DNA from: Oligoflexales bacterium
Lineage (GTDB): Bacteria; Bdellovibrionota_B; Oligoflexia; Oligoflexales; Bog-1112
NCBI GenBank assembly: GCA_045106415.1
Contig: JBGCEP010000028.1
Span: 1-64,000 of the forward strand
DNA length: 64,000 bases
Reading direction: 5' to 3'
Of this stretch, positions 20,215 to 30,462 are shown in pieces; position 1 is the stretch's first letter; each line of letters opens with the position of its first letter. The notes below the pieces were generated by a model. It did not search any database, had not been told where the DNA came from, and worked only from the letters and a program-made list of their open reading frames with translations. A program made the translations under genes and the position numbers.

Positions 20215-21075
20215 ATGACTTGTTTGGGTGTTATCGGTGGATCTGGGCTTTACAACCTTGGTGATCAGCTCATCAAAGAGCACAATATCCCAACCCCATG
20301 GGGCCAAACATCTGGCCCAATCTGCGAAGTTGAGCTAAAAGGCCAACGAGTCATGTTTCTCCCTCGACACGGTAAACACCACCACCTATTACCCTCTGAA
20401 GTTCCTTCAAAAGCCAACATTTACGCACTTAAATCCCTCGGCGTTAAACACCTTTTATCTGTGTCTGCCGTAGGCATTATGAAAGAACACATCACTCCTG
20501 GAGACCTGGTTATTCCTGACCAGCTTATTGACAACACTCGTGCGCAGAGACCAAATAGTTTTTTCGGCGAAGGCTGTGTCGGCCACGTTTCTCTTGCCAA
20601 CCCCTTTTGCTCAATAATGCGTAAAGAGCTGACATCAGCCATAAACGATCTTCAACACACACTCCACACAGAAGGCTCTTACATCTGTATTGAAGGCCCT
20701 CAATTTAGCTCACGAGCAGAGTCCAATTATTACCGAAAAGCGATGGACCCATCCGTCATAGGTATGACAGCATTTCCTGAGGCACGACTTGCTAGGGAAG
20801 CTGAAATGAGTTACTGCCTTCTTGCTTTAGCTACAGATTATGATTGCTGGCATGAAAGCGAAGAAAATGTCAGCGCAGATGCAGTCATCGCCGTCGTAAA
20901 ATCAAACTCATCTAAAGCAGCACAAGTCATCACCCGTTTTGTCTCTGATTTTTCCCATAAAGAGTGCGCATGCCATTCTGCAGCGGCTTATAGCATAATG
21001 ACTCCTACAAATGAAATCCCTGGTATGACAAGAGAAAAACTCGATCTCTTTTATAAAAAATATTGGGATAAATAA
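20215..21075 (+). CDS. mtnP: S-methyl-5'-thioadenosine phosphorylase
   Basis: GVIGGSGLY, RHG..H, EGPQFS, IGMT..PEA.LARE, TDYDCW. Confidence 0.92.
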   Translation: MTCLGVIGGSGLYNLGDQLIKEHNIPTPWGQTSGPICEVELKGQRVMFLPRHGKHHHLLPSEVPSKANIYALKSLGVKHLLSVSAVGIMKEHITPGDLVIPDQLIDNTRAQRPNSFFGEGCVGHVSLANPFCSIMRKELTSAINDLQHTLHTEGSYICIEGPQFSSRAESNYYRKAMDPSVIGMTAFPEARLAREAEMSYCLLALATDYDCWHESEENVSADAVIAVVKSNSSKAAQVITRFVSDFSHKECACHSAAAYSIMTPTNEIPGMTREKLDLFYKKYWDK

Positions 21076-21080
21076 AACAC

Positions 21081-21126
21081 CATGGCAGTTGTGCTGCGAC
21101 ACATGTATCGCAGCACAACTGCCATG
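21081..21126 (+). terminator. 46-bp near-perfect palindrome after mtnP, probable terminator of the long + strand operon
   Basis: CATGGCAGTTGTGCTGCGA-CACATGTA-TCGCAGCACAACTGCCATG followed by a T-rich tract. Confidence 0.6.
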
Positions 21127-21488
21127 ATCATTTTCTTCACTTTTTAAGAGTACAAATACTTTGATTATACGGCTTACAAGCACTCACTTAAAATCTTAAT
21201 TTTTTTCTATAGCAAAGCAAAGCTTTATTTACACACCCATAGATATCAAACATTGCTTTAAAAAGTGGATTTATCAACTTTTTAAAGCTCTTAACGCGTA
21301 AATAAAATCATCTAATGCCATATATCACTAAACCTCATTTTTTACATGCCTTGTAAAGTTTCACAAGTGATTTTAAAACTTGAAACATGCCTATCTCTTA
21401 AAATTTTTCTGATTTTTATTGGGTGCTCTGCCGTTTATGTTCTTTCAGGTTCAAGTCTGAACAAAGAAGACTTAGATAAATCAGTTTA

Positions 21489-23408
21489 TTACTGAGACTT
21501 TTTCACAATATGTCGTATCATTTTCAACACGTCATCTGCCCGAATAGGCTTTGAAAGAAAAAGATCCATACCTGCATCCAAGCATTTCTTTTTATCCTCC
21601 TGGAAAGCATGAGCTGTCAACGCAATGATAACCACTTGATCACCCTTTGCTCTCAGCCTTCGTGAGGCCTCATAACCATCCATTTCAGGCATTGTACAAT
21701 CCATAAAAACAAATTGATATGGATGACCTGCCTCTAAAACATTCAATGCCTCAACACCATTTGAAGCCATTGCCGACTCAACTCCTAAATTGAAGAGAAT
21801 TTTTTCTATGATTTTTCGGTTTACAATATCATCATCAACAATGAGACAATTCATGCCTTTTACAGCTGCAATCACAAACTCTTTATCTTGTACTGAATCA
21901 CAAATTGAAGATCTTGAATCTATGATGTCACCATAAAAAGTTTCTGCTATCGCTTGAAGCAAAGAAGAATGATGAAGAGTCGTTTTTAAAGTCCGTTTTG
22001 AATGGTTCAATGCTTTTGAAAACACAACTGCTGAGAGATTCTCATTATCTAGCAGAGAGGACTGAGCTCTCTCTAAAAAAACACAACTACTCTCTTCATC
22101 AGAAAAAACATCATCTAAAACGACAGCGGAAGGTACGTAAATATTCTTAAGATCTCTTTCAACATTCCGTTCTTCAATAATCTTTACATTAAGATCTCGG
22201 CTCAAAAGTTGATGCGAAACCCATTTTTTAAAAAAAACATTTTCACTTAAGATGAAAACAGAAAAATTTTCAATGTTTTGCCTTGTATGGTAAACATTAC
22301 TAATATTATTAGGTTTTATAGTAAACCAAAAAACACTTCCACCTTCTTCATGGTTATACGCACCTATTTCTCCACCAAGAAGATGGGTTAATTTTTGGCA
22401 TACCGTCAACCCTAGACCAGTACCACAACTAGAATCTTCTTTCTCTATCTGCAAAAAAGGCTTAAAAAGATCCTGTATTTTATCTTCGCGAAGACCCCGA
22501 CCTGTATCCCGTACACAAAAGTGAAGAAGTCCAGACTCTAAAAACTCGACCTGAATCACAACACACCCTGCCTCAGTAAACTTCAGAGCATTACTTATCA
22601 AGTTTAATAAAATCTGCTTAATCCGTTTCGAATCAGATTCAATCTCCACAGGAACACCTGGTGAAACGTAATCAAATAAATATAATTTCTTATGATGAAC
22701 TTGTGGTGAAAAAATTGAAAGAACATCCCCCACAAGTTCTCGCACATTAAATAAACTATAATCTAGATCAAATCTCCCTGACTCTATCTTAGAGACATCT
22801 AAAATATCACTTACAATGGAAAGAAGCCTTTCACCTCCTTTCATCAAAGTTTCCACTAAATCAACTTGCTCACCATCTAGTTGAGTACTTTGTAATAAAC
22901 TTGTAGCACCGATCACTGCATTCAAAGGAGTTCGGATTTCATGACTAAAATCAGCAAGAAACACTGTTTTAAACTGCGACTGCTCGGCTGATTTTTTCTC
23001 TGCGAGCATCAGCTTGGTCCGCAAATACGAGCGCTCTAGAGCAAGCCTAATCTTCAATTCAAGGCTCTCTGAATTTATATCATCCTTAAGAAGAAAGTCT
23101 TGAGCACCTTCTTTCACAGCTTGAATAGCAACTTCATCACGTGATAAGTCACTCAAAATCAGAATAGTTGAGTTTTCTGCAGCATTTTTAATTTTTCTAA
23201 AGGTCTCAATACCTTTACTATCTTCTATTCTCAAATCACAAAGAATCACATCAACTGTATGCACTGATAAATACGCACACGCATCTCTTAATGATGAAAA
23301 CCCAACAATGCGACGTGAAGAAACCCGTAGGCTTCTCTCAATTAAAATCCGGTCATTTTCATCGTCTTCTAATAATAAAACACTGTCAAAAAGCTGAACT
23401 ATACTCAC
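21489..23408 (-). CDS. Cytoplasmic hybrid histidine kinase (REC-HisKA-HATPase-degenerate REC-REC)
   Basis: FSHEIRTPLN, NLISNALKFT, DTGRG, GTGLGL; N- and C-terminal REC domains. Confidence 0.92.
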   Translation of the reverse strand: MSIVQLFDSVLLLEDDENDRILIERSLRVSSRRIVGFSSLRDACAYLSVHTVDVILCDLRIEDSKGIETFRKIKNAAENSTILILSDLSRDEVAIQAVKEGAQDFLLKDDINSESLELKIRLALERSYLRTKLMLAEKKSAEQSQFKTVFLADFSHEIRTPLNAVIGATSLLQSTQLDGEQVDLVETLMKGGERLLSIVSDILDVSKIESGRFDLDYSLFNVRELVGDVLSIFSPQVHHKKLYLFDYVSPGVPVEIESDSKRIKQILLNLISNALKFTEAGCVVIQVEFLESGLLHFCVRDTGRGLREDKIQDLFKPFLQIEKEDSSCGTGLGLTVCQKLTHLLGGEIGAYNHEEGGSVFWFTIKPNNISNVYHTRQNIENFSVFILSENVFFKKWVSHQLLSRDLNVKIIEERNVERDLKNIYVPSAVVLDDVFSDEESSCVFLERAQSSLLDNENLSAVVFSKALNHSKRTLKTTLHHSSLLQAIAETFYGDIIDSRSSICDSVQDKEFVIAAVKGMNCLIVDDDIVNRKIIEKILFNLGVESAMASNGVEALNVLEAGHPYQFVFMDCTMPEMDGYEASRRLRAKGDQVVIIALTAHAFQEDKKKCLDAGMDLFLSKPIRADDVLKMIRHIVKKSQ

Positions 23409-23663
23409 CTACAAAAACCCCGTAACAGAGCAAAAGATAGAGTCCTCCTCCTTATGGATCGGTTTTTTCTCAATTTGTATTGAGGAGTTTAAAAGAAAAG
23501 AGACAAAAAACTATGAAAAAAAACATTTAAAAACAAAAAAAACAGCAGGTTAAAATAATTAACCGCCGTTTCTAAATCACATTAAAGTACATTCACAGCT
23601 AAGGAATCACTCCTTATTTACGATTTCGTGCTTCTTGCAGCTGCCTAAAATGACTAAGACACT

Positions 23664-24311
23664 CTACTGTCTCGCTCTTTTTAAAATTTCATCAGCGCTA
23701 TCTAATTGACGGTGAGCCCAACTACTCAATAAATCTAGCTTCTCAGCCTCATTTAGAAAGCAACGCTCTCCATTTGGATCCATTTCTTGAACTCTACGCA
23801 ACACATCATACATAGAAATAGCAGCGCTCACAGAAATATTAAAGCTTTGAGCCATACCGGTCATTGGAATCGTAAACCGATAATCTAAATAAGGGAGCCA
23901 CTCTTCAGAAACTCCTTCATGCTCATTTCCGAATAACAAAGCAACAGGCTTCTCAACAGGAAGAGCCCCTAAAGAAACAGCATTGCGGTCTGGTAAAGCA
24001 GCTGCAATTGCATACCCTTGTGACCGCAACGCCTCTGCACAGGCAGCCACAGTTGGGTACTTTTCAACCTGCAACCAACCTGTCACCCCTCGAGAAACAG
24101 TGCTTGCTTTAAAAGGTTCAGAGAGATTGACAACATCAACATTTAAAATCCCCAGACCTTCTGCTGATCTCATACAAGCAGACACATTGTGAGGATGATG
24201 AACATCTTGCACAACCAAACGAATGTGTTTTACACGCCTAGACGCTGCTTTTTCCATTTTTGCACAGCGTTCTGGTGTTAGGTGCTCTTTTAAAATATTC
24301 CAGTCGCTCAT
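23664..24311 (-). CDS. trmH: SpoU/TrmH tRNA 2'-O-methyltransferase
   Basis: HNVSACMRS, FGNEHEGVS, IPMTGMAQSFNISVSAAI. Confidence 0.85.
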   Translation of the reverse strand: MSDWNILKEHLTPERCAKMEKAASRRVKHIRLVVQDVHHPHNVSACMRSAEGLGILNVDVVNLSEPFKASTVSRGVTGWLQVEKYPTVAACAEALRSQGYAIAAALPDRNAVSLGALPVEKPVALLFGNEHEGVSEEWLPYLDYRFTIPMTGMAQSFNISVSAAISMYDVLRRVQEMDPNGERCFLNEAEKLDLLSSWAHRQLDSADEILKRARQ

Positions 24312-25165
24312 AAAATCACTCCATCTTGCGCAGAGCTTCCACCAACACGAGACTTAGGCTGAGGAATGGTGAATTCATCTTGAACTAAACCGATATGCAC
24401 AACATCTAAAGCTTTCAACACACACTGAGTCGATTCATCTGGCAATTGTTGATTATGATGTTTTAAAACCCAGTGCGACAACTTAAGTAAAGCAGAATGC
24501 CAATTTTCCAGCTTTTCTTCTGCCATATCTTTTTGACCTTTCAAGACTTGACACACCCTCTGGTAACCTGCAATTTTCTTCTTTAACCTTAGGTGTTCAG
24601 ATGGATCCACCCACTTCTCTTTGATTTTCTTCACCTGACCTTGTAGGTTTTGGTACAAATCATTTTGTTCTGATATTTTTTTCTTCAAGACACGCGCAGT
24701 TTCCTTATGACGGACTTGCTCTTCTGCTAGTGATTTATCTTTCACAGCTTCGACACGATGAAGTTTCTCAGAAACTTCTAAGCTACGCGCTCGCTCTATA
24801 GCAAAGTTTTTTTCAGCAGCTACAAATTCATCTTTATAGCGCTCTATTAATATGTTTGCACGATTTTCTACTTCTAAACGCCTTTGTTCTGCATTTTTGT
24901 ACAATTCTTGAAACTCTGAAGAGTGGTTTTCAAGCTTCTTTATCTGAAGTTCTAGCTTTTGCGTTCTATCCGAGCGAGACTGAAGAGCGTCTTTTTTCTT
25001 ACGAAGATCCCCTTGTGCGCGGTATAATTGATTTTGAATTTCATCACTTCCAGCAACTGTATTTTCTAAAATCTGATGAAGACTCGTTGCTCGGTTCCAA
25101 AAAAAGGCAGCACTCACACAACTGACCGCACTCACACCCAAAGAAAAAATCTCAATCCACGACAT
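24308..25165 (-). CDS. Hypothetical membrane-anchored coiled-coil protein
   Basis: N-terminal hydrophobic helix and long E/K/Q/L heptad region; coupled to trmH. Confidence 0.6.
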   Translation of the reverse strand: MSWIEIFSLGVSAVSCVSAAFFWNRATSLHQILENTVAGSDEIQNQLYRAQGDLRKKKDALQSRSDRTQKLELQIKKLENHSSEFQELYKNAEQRRLEVENRANILIERYKDEFVAAEKNFAIERARSLEVSEKLHRVEAVKDKSLAEEQVRHKETARVLKKKISEQNDLYQNLQGQVKKIKEKWVDPSEHLRLKKKIAGYQRVCQVLKGQKDMAEEKLENWHSALLKLSHWVLKHHNQQLPDESTQCVLKALDVVHIGLVQDEFTIPQPKSRVGGSSAQDGVIL

Positions 25166-25229
25166 TTACAAGCCCTTTTGTCTATATAGCTTTTCTATTT
25201 GCTGACTCTAAAGAGTCACACAATGAAAA

Positions 25230-25958
25230 TTAAGCCTCTTCGTTAGCGTTATGATAAACATTCTGAACATCATCGCTATCTTCTAAGTGGTTGATTAATT
25301 TTTCAAGCGTTTCTTGCTTCGCCTCTTCAATATCAGTTGAATTTTTAGGCTGCATTGTCACTTCACAAAAAATAGGGTCTGTGTATTGAGCTTCTAAAGC
25401 TTCTCTCAAGTCATTAAACTCAGAAGGCTCACAAATCACGATCACTTGCCCATCACTTTCTTTAACATCTTCAGCACCATGTTCTAGTGCTAATTCAAAA
25501 AAATCTTCCATATCTGTCACAACGTCTTGTGGGTAAACCACCACACCTTTACGTTCAAACATCCATGCTACAGATCCATCAGTTCCTAAATTTCCACCAA
25601 AACGTGAAAACGCAAATCGAACTTCACTCACAGTTCTATTTACATTGTCTGTAAGGCACTCCACTAGCACAGCAACGCCAGCAGGCCCATAACCTTCGTA
25701 CACTTTTTCCGTATAGTTCGCACCGTCGTTTCCACCCACCCCTCTCTTAATGGCTCGCTCCCAATTAGCTTTAGGCATATTGGCTGCTTTCGCTTTTGCT
25801 AAAGCAAGTCTTAAACGAGGGTTATCTTCTGGGCTGGCTCCACCAATACGTGCAGCAACTGTGAGCTCAATTCCTATTTTAGTAAAGATCTTGCCGCGTT
25901 TTGCATCTTGAGCTCCTTTGCGGTGTTGAATATTCTTCCATTTACTATGTCCAGCCAT
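25230..25958 (-). CDS. yebC: YebC/PmpR-family protein
   Basis: MAGHSKW.NI, YEGYGP.G, TDN.NRT, DDVQNVYHN. Confidence 0.96.
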   Translation of the reverse strand: MAGHSKWKNIQHRKGAQDAKRGKIFTKIGIELTVAARIGGASPEDNPRLRLALAKAKAANMPKANWERAIKRGVGGNDGANYTEKVYEGYGPAGVAVLVECLTDNVNRTVSEVRFAFSRFGGNLGTDGSVAWMFERKGVVVYPQDVVTDMEDFFELALEHGAEDVKESDGQVIVICEPSEFNDLREALEAQYTDPIFCEVTMQPKNSTDIEEAKQETLEKLINHLEDSDDVQNVYHNANEEA

Positions 25959-25968
25959 GTTCTTACTC

Positions 25969-26742
25969 CTAATACTGAAAGTGCTTAATTGTTTCTCCCT
26001 GACTTCCTATCTCTGTCATGGCACAAATCCCAAGATTAAGATGCTCGTCAACAAACTTTCTCGACACCTTCCTATCACTGTTCTCAGTCTTAACTCCATC
26101 CGGAGTCATAGGCTTATCAGATACAAGCAACAAGGCCCCACGAGCAATGTTGTTCATGAGACCTACCACAAAAAGCGTGGCCGTTTCCATGTCAATACCC
26201 AAAACTCTCAAAGAACTCAACTTATTCTTGAAATTTTCATCATGTTCCCAAACCCTACGGTTTGTTGTGTAAATCACACCTGTACGATATTCAAGCCCTC
26301 TTTCCACTATTTTCTCAGAGACAAACTTATGTAATTTAAAGGAAGGTAATGCTGGCAATTCCGGGGGACAATAATCATCCGAGGTTCCCTCTCCGCGTAT
26401 TGCTGCTGTCGGCAAAATAAAATGACCGAGCTCTGTAGTCTTTTTAACACCACCACACTTGCCTAAAAACAACACAGCCTTTGGCTGAATTGCACCCAAT
26501 AAATCCATAATCGTTGCAGCATTGGCGGACCCAATGCCAAAGTTGATGATGGTCACGCCATCTTGATTTGTACATGTTTGCATAGGGTTATCCAACCCGC
26601 GAATTGGGCACCGAAAGCGTTTTGCAAAAAGCCTGACATATTCATCAAAGTTTGTAAGAAGAATATAATTTCCAAACTCTTCCAATGGAGTTCCTGTATA
26701 GCGAGGCAACCAGTTTTTGACAATATCCTCTTTGCTTTCCAT
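25969..26742 (-). CDS. amn: AMP nucleosidase (short type)
   Basis: NWLPRYTG, ILLTNF, FGIGSANAATIMDLL, RGEGTS, IDMETAT; start at ATG 26742. Confidence 0.88.
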   Translation of the reverse strand: MESKEDIVKNWLPRYTGTPLEEFGNYILLTNFDEYVRLFAKRFRCPIRGLDNPMQTCTNQDGVTIINFGIGSANAATIMDLLGAIQPKAVLFLGKCGGVKKTTELGHFILPTAAIRGEGTSDDYCPPELPALPSFKLHKFVSEKIVERGLEYRTGVIYTTNRRVWEHDENFKNKLSSLRVLGIDMETATLFVVGLMNNIARGALLLVSDKPMTPDGVKTENSDRKVSRKFVDEHLNLGICAMTEIGSQGETIKHFQY

Positions 26743-26944
26743 CTTTCTCTCCTTCAACTTTTGAATCCACAACTCTAACACTATCATTGGATTCGAACCT
26801 CTAAAAATCATAAAACAATCACTTTAGAGTCTATTTTTCTATAGAAGAAGAGCTTCTCTCTTTGCATAGACTTTATTTCTTTGAGTTCCTAGCCTCATAA
26901 CGGTAAGATACGGTTTGTACAGAATATGCATCAAGGACATCACT

Positions 26945-28063
26945 ATGCCTTTACTTCGATTTGCTTTCGTCACCATTCTTATGGCTTCCTCCACTTCAAG
27001 TCATTCAAATACTCTAGTAGCCATCTTAGGCGACAGCCTTTCTACAGGAGCGGGAACACACCCCTCGTTTCAATACGAACCTCAATCATTCTGGGATATT
27101 CTTGAAGCTAAAACTCCATTGACGACTGCATCAATGGACTCACTGCAAGAGTTTTACACCACCATGCCAACCAATAGCCCTCAGATGCTATGGCCAACAC
27201 CGAGAGAATTTCACGGGCCTCTAGAATGGGTCGGCTCTCATTTAAAGCGTGGATTTTCGATGTGGTTTCTCAATGAGCCTTTATATAGTTGGGGTTCTAT
27301 GCTCGCACATTCTCTCGGCTATACAGCAGAAAACGTGCTTATCGCTGCAGAAAACGGAGCTCGTATCGATTCATTACCGACACAAATCGACCGTGTTTTA
27401 CACACAACAAATAGACAGACCCCTGAGAAAGTTTTCATTTTTTACACAGGGAATGATCTCTGCGCAGCTCATCCTAACTTCATAACAAAAACAGAGGATT
27501 TTTCTAATAGCCTCAATGATAGTCTTCGCTACCTCACATTAAACGGCTCTTTAGCAGAGCAAGGTAGTGATATTTATATTGTTGCCATGGCACCTGTGCA
27601 GCAACTAGTCGCAAGCCCCAAAGTCTTAGGGCGTAAAGTCACAGCCTACGGCTTAGAAATGACTTGTCAACAGCTCAGAGAAAAATCTTATAGACCAGAT
27701 GGGTGGTTAAAAAGCACACAAGGCCTTCCTGATGCCGCTCTTTATTTCAAGGACTTTATACCACCAAACCCTGCTCTCATATGCCCTACTTTATTTGGAG
27801 CTCCTGATACTGTTGATAAAAATCTTTCTTTTTTATCAGGAAGAATTCGAAACTACCGAAAAGTTGCCCAAGAAGCGGTCGAAATAGCTCAAAAATTTGC
27901 GGAATCCAACAAAAAAAATCTACGTTTTCATTGGGTTGAGTCAACAACTCATATGCAGTTCGAAGGTTTTCATATTGCCAATGATTGTTTTCACCTTAGT
28001 CTTGAGGGTCAAGCATATTTAGCTAGGACAGTTTTAAGCGGCCTCCCAAAAAACGAAAAATAA
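26945..28063 (+). CDS. Secreted SGNH/GDSL hydrolase
   Basis: GDSLSTG, GNDLC, DCFH catalytic blocks; signal peptide. Confidence 0.85.
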   Translation: MPLLRFAFVTILMASSTSSHSNTLVAILGDSLSTGAGTHPSFQYEPQSFWDILEAKTPLTTASMDSLQEFYTTMPTNSPQMLWPTPREFHGPLEWVGSHLKRGFSMWFLNEPLYSWGSMLAHSLGYTAENVLIAAENGARIDSLPTQIDRVLHTTNRQTPEKVFIFYTGNDLCAAHPNFITKTEDFSNSLNDSLRYLTLNGSLAEQGSDIYIVAMAPVQQLVASPKVLGRKVTAYGLEMTCQQLREKSYRPDGWLKSTQGLPDAALYFKDFIPPNPALICPTLFGAPDTVDKNLSFLSGRIRNYRKVAQEAVEIAQKFAESNKKNLRFHWVESTTHMQFEGFHIANDCFHLSLEGQAYLARTVLSGLPKNEK

Positions 28064-28071
28064 GATCATAG

Positions 28072-28794
28072 TCAGGAAGCCGTACTCAGGCGAATGCGAA
28101 TATCAATTCGCCGGTTCCCAGAATGAGCAGGGTTGGAGTACGCCGGCCTAGTATCTGCATAGCCTGCAACACTCATTATTTTTTGACCTTCTTCATTATG
28201 CCAATTTTGCATATCCGGCTGACAATCCTCTAACAATCGATAAACTTCAGAGGCCCTTGCAGCAGATAAAGCAAGATTATCTTGAAACCCTGATGTTGGA
28301 AGAACCGGTCGATTATCTGTGTGTCCTTCAATAGTGATTCCTTCAAGCGAGACATTTTTAAACTGGCGACAAACATAAATATGTTGGGGAGTTTTTTCAC
28401 ATATAGATTGCCGTGTATAACCGTGCTCATTTGGCACAGCACACCCCATCACTGTTGATAAGCTTTGAGCAAGTTTTGCTAAGTGTTCCTTTTGTGATTC
28501 CGGTGGGTGAGATTTTCCTGGTAAGAATCCCCAAGAAGGCTCTTGTAGTCTTAAAATGCCTTGCTCTGGAATAACCTCAACTTTTAAACCTTGGTTTTTA
28601 AGCATCGCCGCCAAGTCCCCAAGAAGAGCTGTTTGCGCTCTTTTAGGCTCATTCACATATTCTCTAAAATCTTGAAACCCTTTTGACTCTTCTTGTAGAT
28701 GCATAAATAAAGACGACAATAAAATTAGAAATAAAAAGCAACACGATGCCATTAAATCACTCGCTGACGCCCAAAAATTACTTTCTGACTTCAT
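28072..28794 (-). CDS. ZorB/MotB-like protein with OmpA-type peptidoglycan-binding domain
   Basis: FWASASDLM TM with conserved Asp; IEGHTD, NLALSAARA..V, AGYADTRP, NRRIDI. Confidence 0.8.
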   Translation of the reverse strand: MKSESNFWASASDLMASCCFLFLILLSSLFMHLQEESKGFQDFREYVNEPKRAQTALLGDLAAMLKNQGLKVEVIPEQGILRLQEPSWGFLPGKSHPPESQKEHLAKLAQSLSTVMGCAVPNEHGYTRQSICEKTPQHIYVCRQFKNVSLEGITIEGHTDNRPVLPTSGFQDNLALSAARASEVYRLLEDCQPDMQNWHNEEGQKIMSVAGYADTRPAYSNPAHSGNRRIDIRIRLSTAS

Positions 28795-30083
28795 GCCCTT
28801 GCCCCTATAACTTTTTGCACTCCAAATCTTCTACGCCGTTCAGGTTTGGATTGAGAGGTTACATAATCATTTTTGCTTTCTTCAGGTAGTTTATCCTCTG
28901 AATCTAAGGACATGCACTCAGCCCTCATAATTTGTAAATCACCAGCAAAAAGTTGCAAAGCATTTGTGAATGACTTCAAAGAAACCTCCATATCTTCACA
29001 CTGTGTCGATAAAGTTTCTATGGAGAGATTTTTCACTGCTTCGTCAATGACAGCATTTAAATGGTGTGAAAACTGGTTAGCAAATAAACTTAAGGGTTCA
29101 GTGACAGATGCTTGTAGTTCATCAAACTTCATTTGAATATCACTTTTCTGGCGTTCGACACCAACCTCCCAGTTTTCACCTAAAGAAAATAAATGCTGAT
29201 TTAAAGACATAATTTTTTGAACACTTTCATCCAAACTCAAAACCATGGTTTCTAGATGCTCTTGTGTCGAACCGTGAAGTTCTTCTTGAAAAGCTTTCAC
29301 TAAACTTTTTAAACACTGGGAATGCCAAGTCATGTCTTGACGCCGACTTAAATGAAGCTCTGATGATATGTTTTCTAGTATTTTTTGCTGTTCTTCGACT
29401 ACCGTAAGCTGTTCAATTAAAGACTGTTCCCACATTTGAACAGGAAAGCGCAGATCAAGAAGTGAGCTCGTATGAGCAAGAAGATTATCTAGATCTTCAA
29501 CACAAAAACGCTCGATACGCGCATAAACAATAGAGCAAAACAGCCCTGTCAAAGAAGTTAAAAAAGCGAGCCCAGCACCAGCTAAAAGTTGTGAAAGTCC
29601 ATATTGAATATGCTGAGCATCACCATCAAAATAAGTTTGTGCCACCCAGACACCCGACGAAAGGCCTACAAACGTTCCTAGAATACCAAGAGATGATAGC
29701 ATTCCAGACGCACTTTCTCTCGTTCGAGTCGAACTCAATATTTCATAGGTTTTATCAGCAGTTAAAAAACTTTTACTCTCTCTTAACGCGATCCAAACAG
29801 AGTGTTCTTGCTCGCATAAACCTCGAGAGTACGACCTCCACGCACCAGCCAAGATAGGGTGATTTCCTGCTACTTTTTCAATATCTTCAACGCCAGAAGA
29901 TTGAACAGCAATTGCGAATGTCCGCAAAGACACCGCAAAAGGCCGCAACGCTCTAATAAGGCTCCATATTTGAATGCTTGCCAGTAGAGCAAGCATCAAA
30001 CACCAGGCTCCAACAAAATAAGGCGATAAAAGCCACTGGAGAACAGAGTAAAAACCTGTAACCGAGTGCATAAAGACTCCCAT
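28791..30083 (-). CDS. ZorA-like MotA/TolQ-family membrane protein with helical cytoplasmic tail
   Basis: LGILGTFVGL and AFLTSLTG.FCSI motifs, three TMs, about 240-aa tail; ATGA overlap with the ZorB-like gene. Confidence 0.75.
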   Translation of the reverse strand: MGVFMHSVTGFYSVLQWLLSPYFVGAWCLMLALLASIQIWSLIRALRPFAVSLRTFAIAVQSSGVEDIEKVAGNHPILAGAWRSYSRGLCEQEHSVWIALRESKSFLTADKTYEILSSTRTRESASGMLSSLGILGTFVGLSSGVWVAQTYFDGDAQHIQYGLSQLLAGAGLAFLTSLTGLFCSIVYARIERFCVEDLDNLLAHTSSLLDLRFPVQMWEQSLIEQLTVVEEQQKILENISSELHLSRRQDMTWHSQCLKSLVKAFQEELHGSTQEHLETMVLSLDESVQKIMSLNQHLFSLGENWEVGVERQKSDIQMKFDELQASVTEPLSLFANQFSHHLNAVIDEAVKNLSIETLSTQCEDMEVSLKSFTNALQLFAGDLQIMRAECMSLDSEDKLPEESKNDYVTSQSKPERRRRFGVQKVIGARA

Positions 30084-30146
30084 TGTATATAAACAACAGC
30101 TTATCTCACACTTGGTAAAACCCAGCAGGCAAAAATCGCTTAAACT

Positions 30147-30308
30147 CTAAGAAGACTCTTCCTCACTTGAACTTGCACCTTCATGGCTATCAAAACATGC
30201 TTCTACTTCTGACTTCGAAAAGTATTTTTTCTTGCACGTCTTGCACACATACTTTGCGCCATCACGCAGGAATTTTTTCTCTCTTTTTTCATTACCATAT
30301 GTACTCAT
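30147..30308 (-). CDS. Unannotated 53-aa zinc-finger microprotein (C-x2-C-x12-C-x3-H)
   Basis: MSTYGNEKREKKFLRDGAKYVCKTCKKKYFSKSEVEACFDSHEGASSSEEESS; GGAGG SD; below the ORF-track cutoff. Confidence 0.75.
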   Translation of the reverse strand: MSTYGNEKREKKFLRDGAKYVCKTCKKKYFSKSEVEACFDSHEGASSSEEESS

Positions 30309-30462
30309 AACTTCCTCCATCCGATGTACCCTCCGTTTATCGGATGTACCAACAAATAACCAAGAATAATTTATTGAACTTCTTCATTTTCAATATGTTA
30401 CAAATCACTGGAACCTTAAACAAAGTTTAAGTTAACCTGCTCACACAAACTGGAGAGCAGCC

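Noticed and set aside
13032..20642. Many 60-150 aa antisense or alternate-frame ORFs within housekeeping genes
   Set aside because: Shadow ORFs of well-supported genes
28072..30083. Flagellar stator motAB
   Set aside because: The A subunit has three TMs and a long tail, the motifs are ZorA/ZorB-like, and no flagellar genes are nearby
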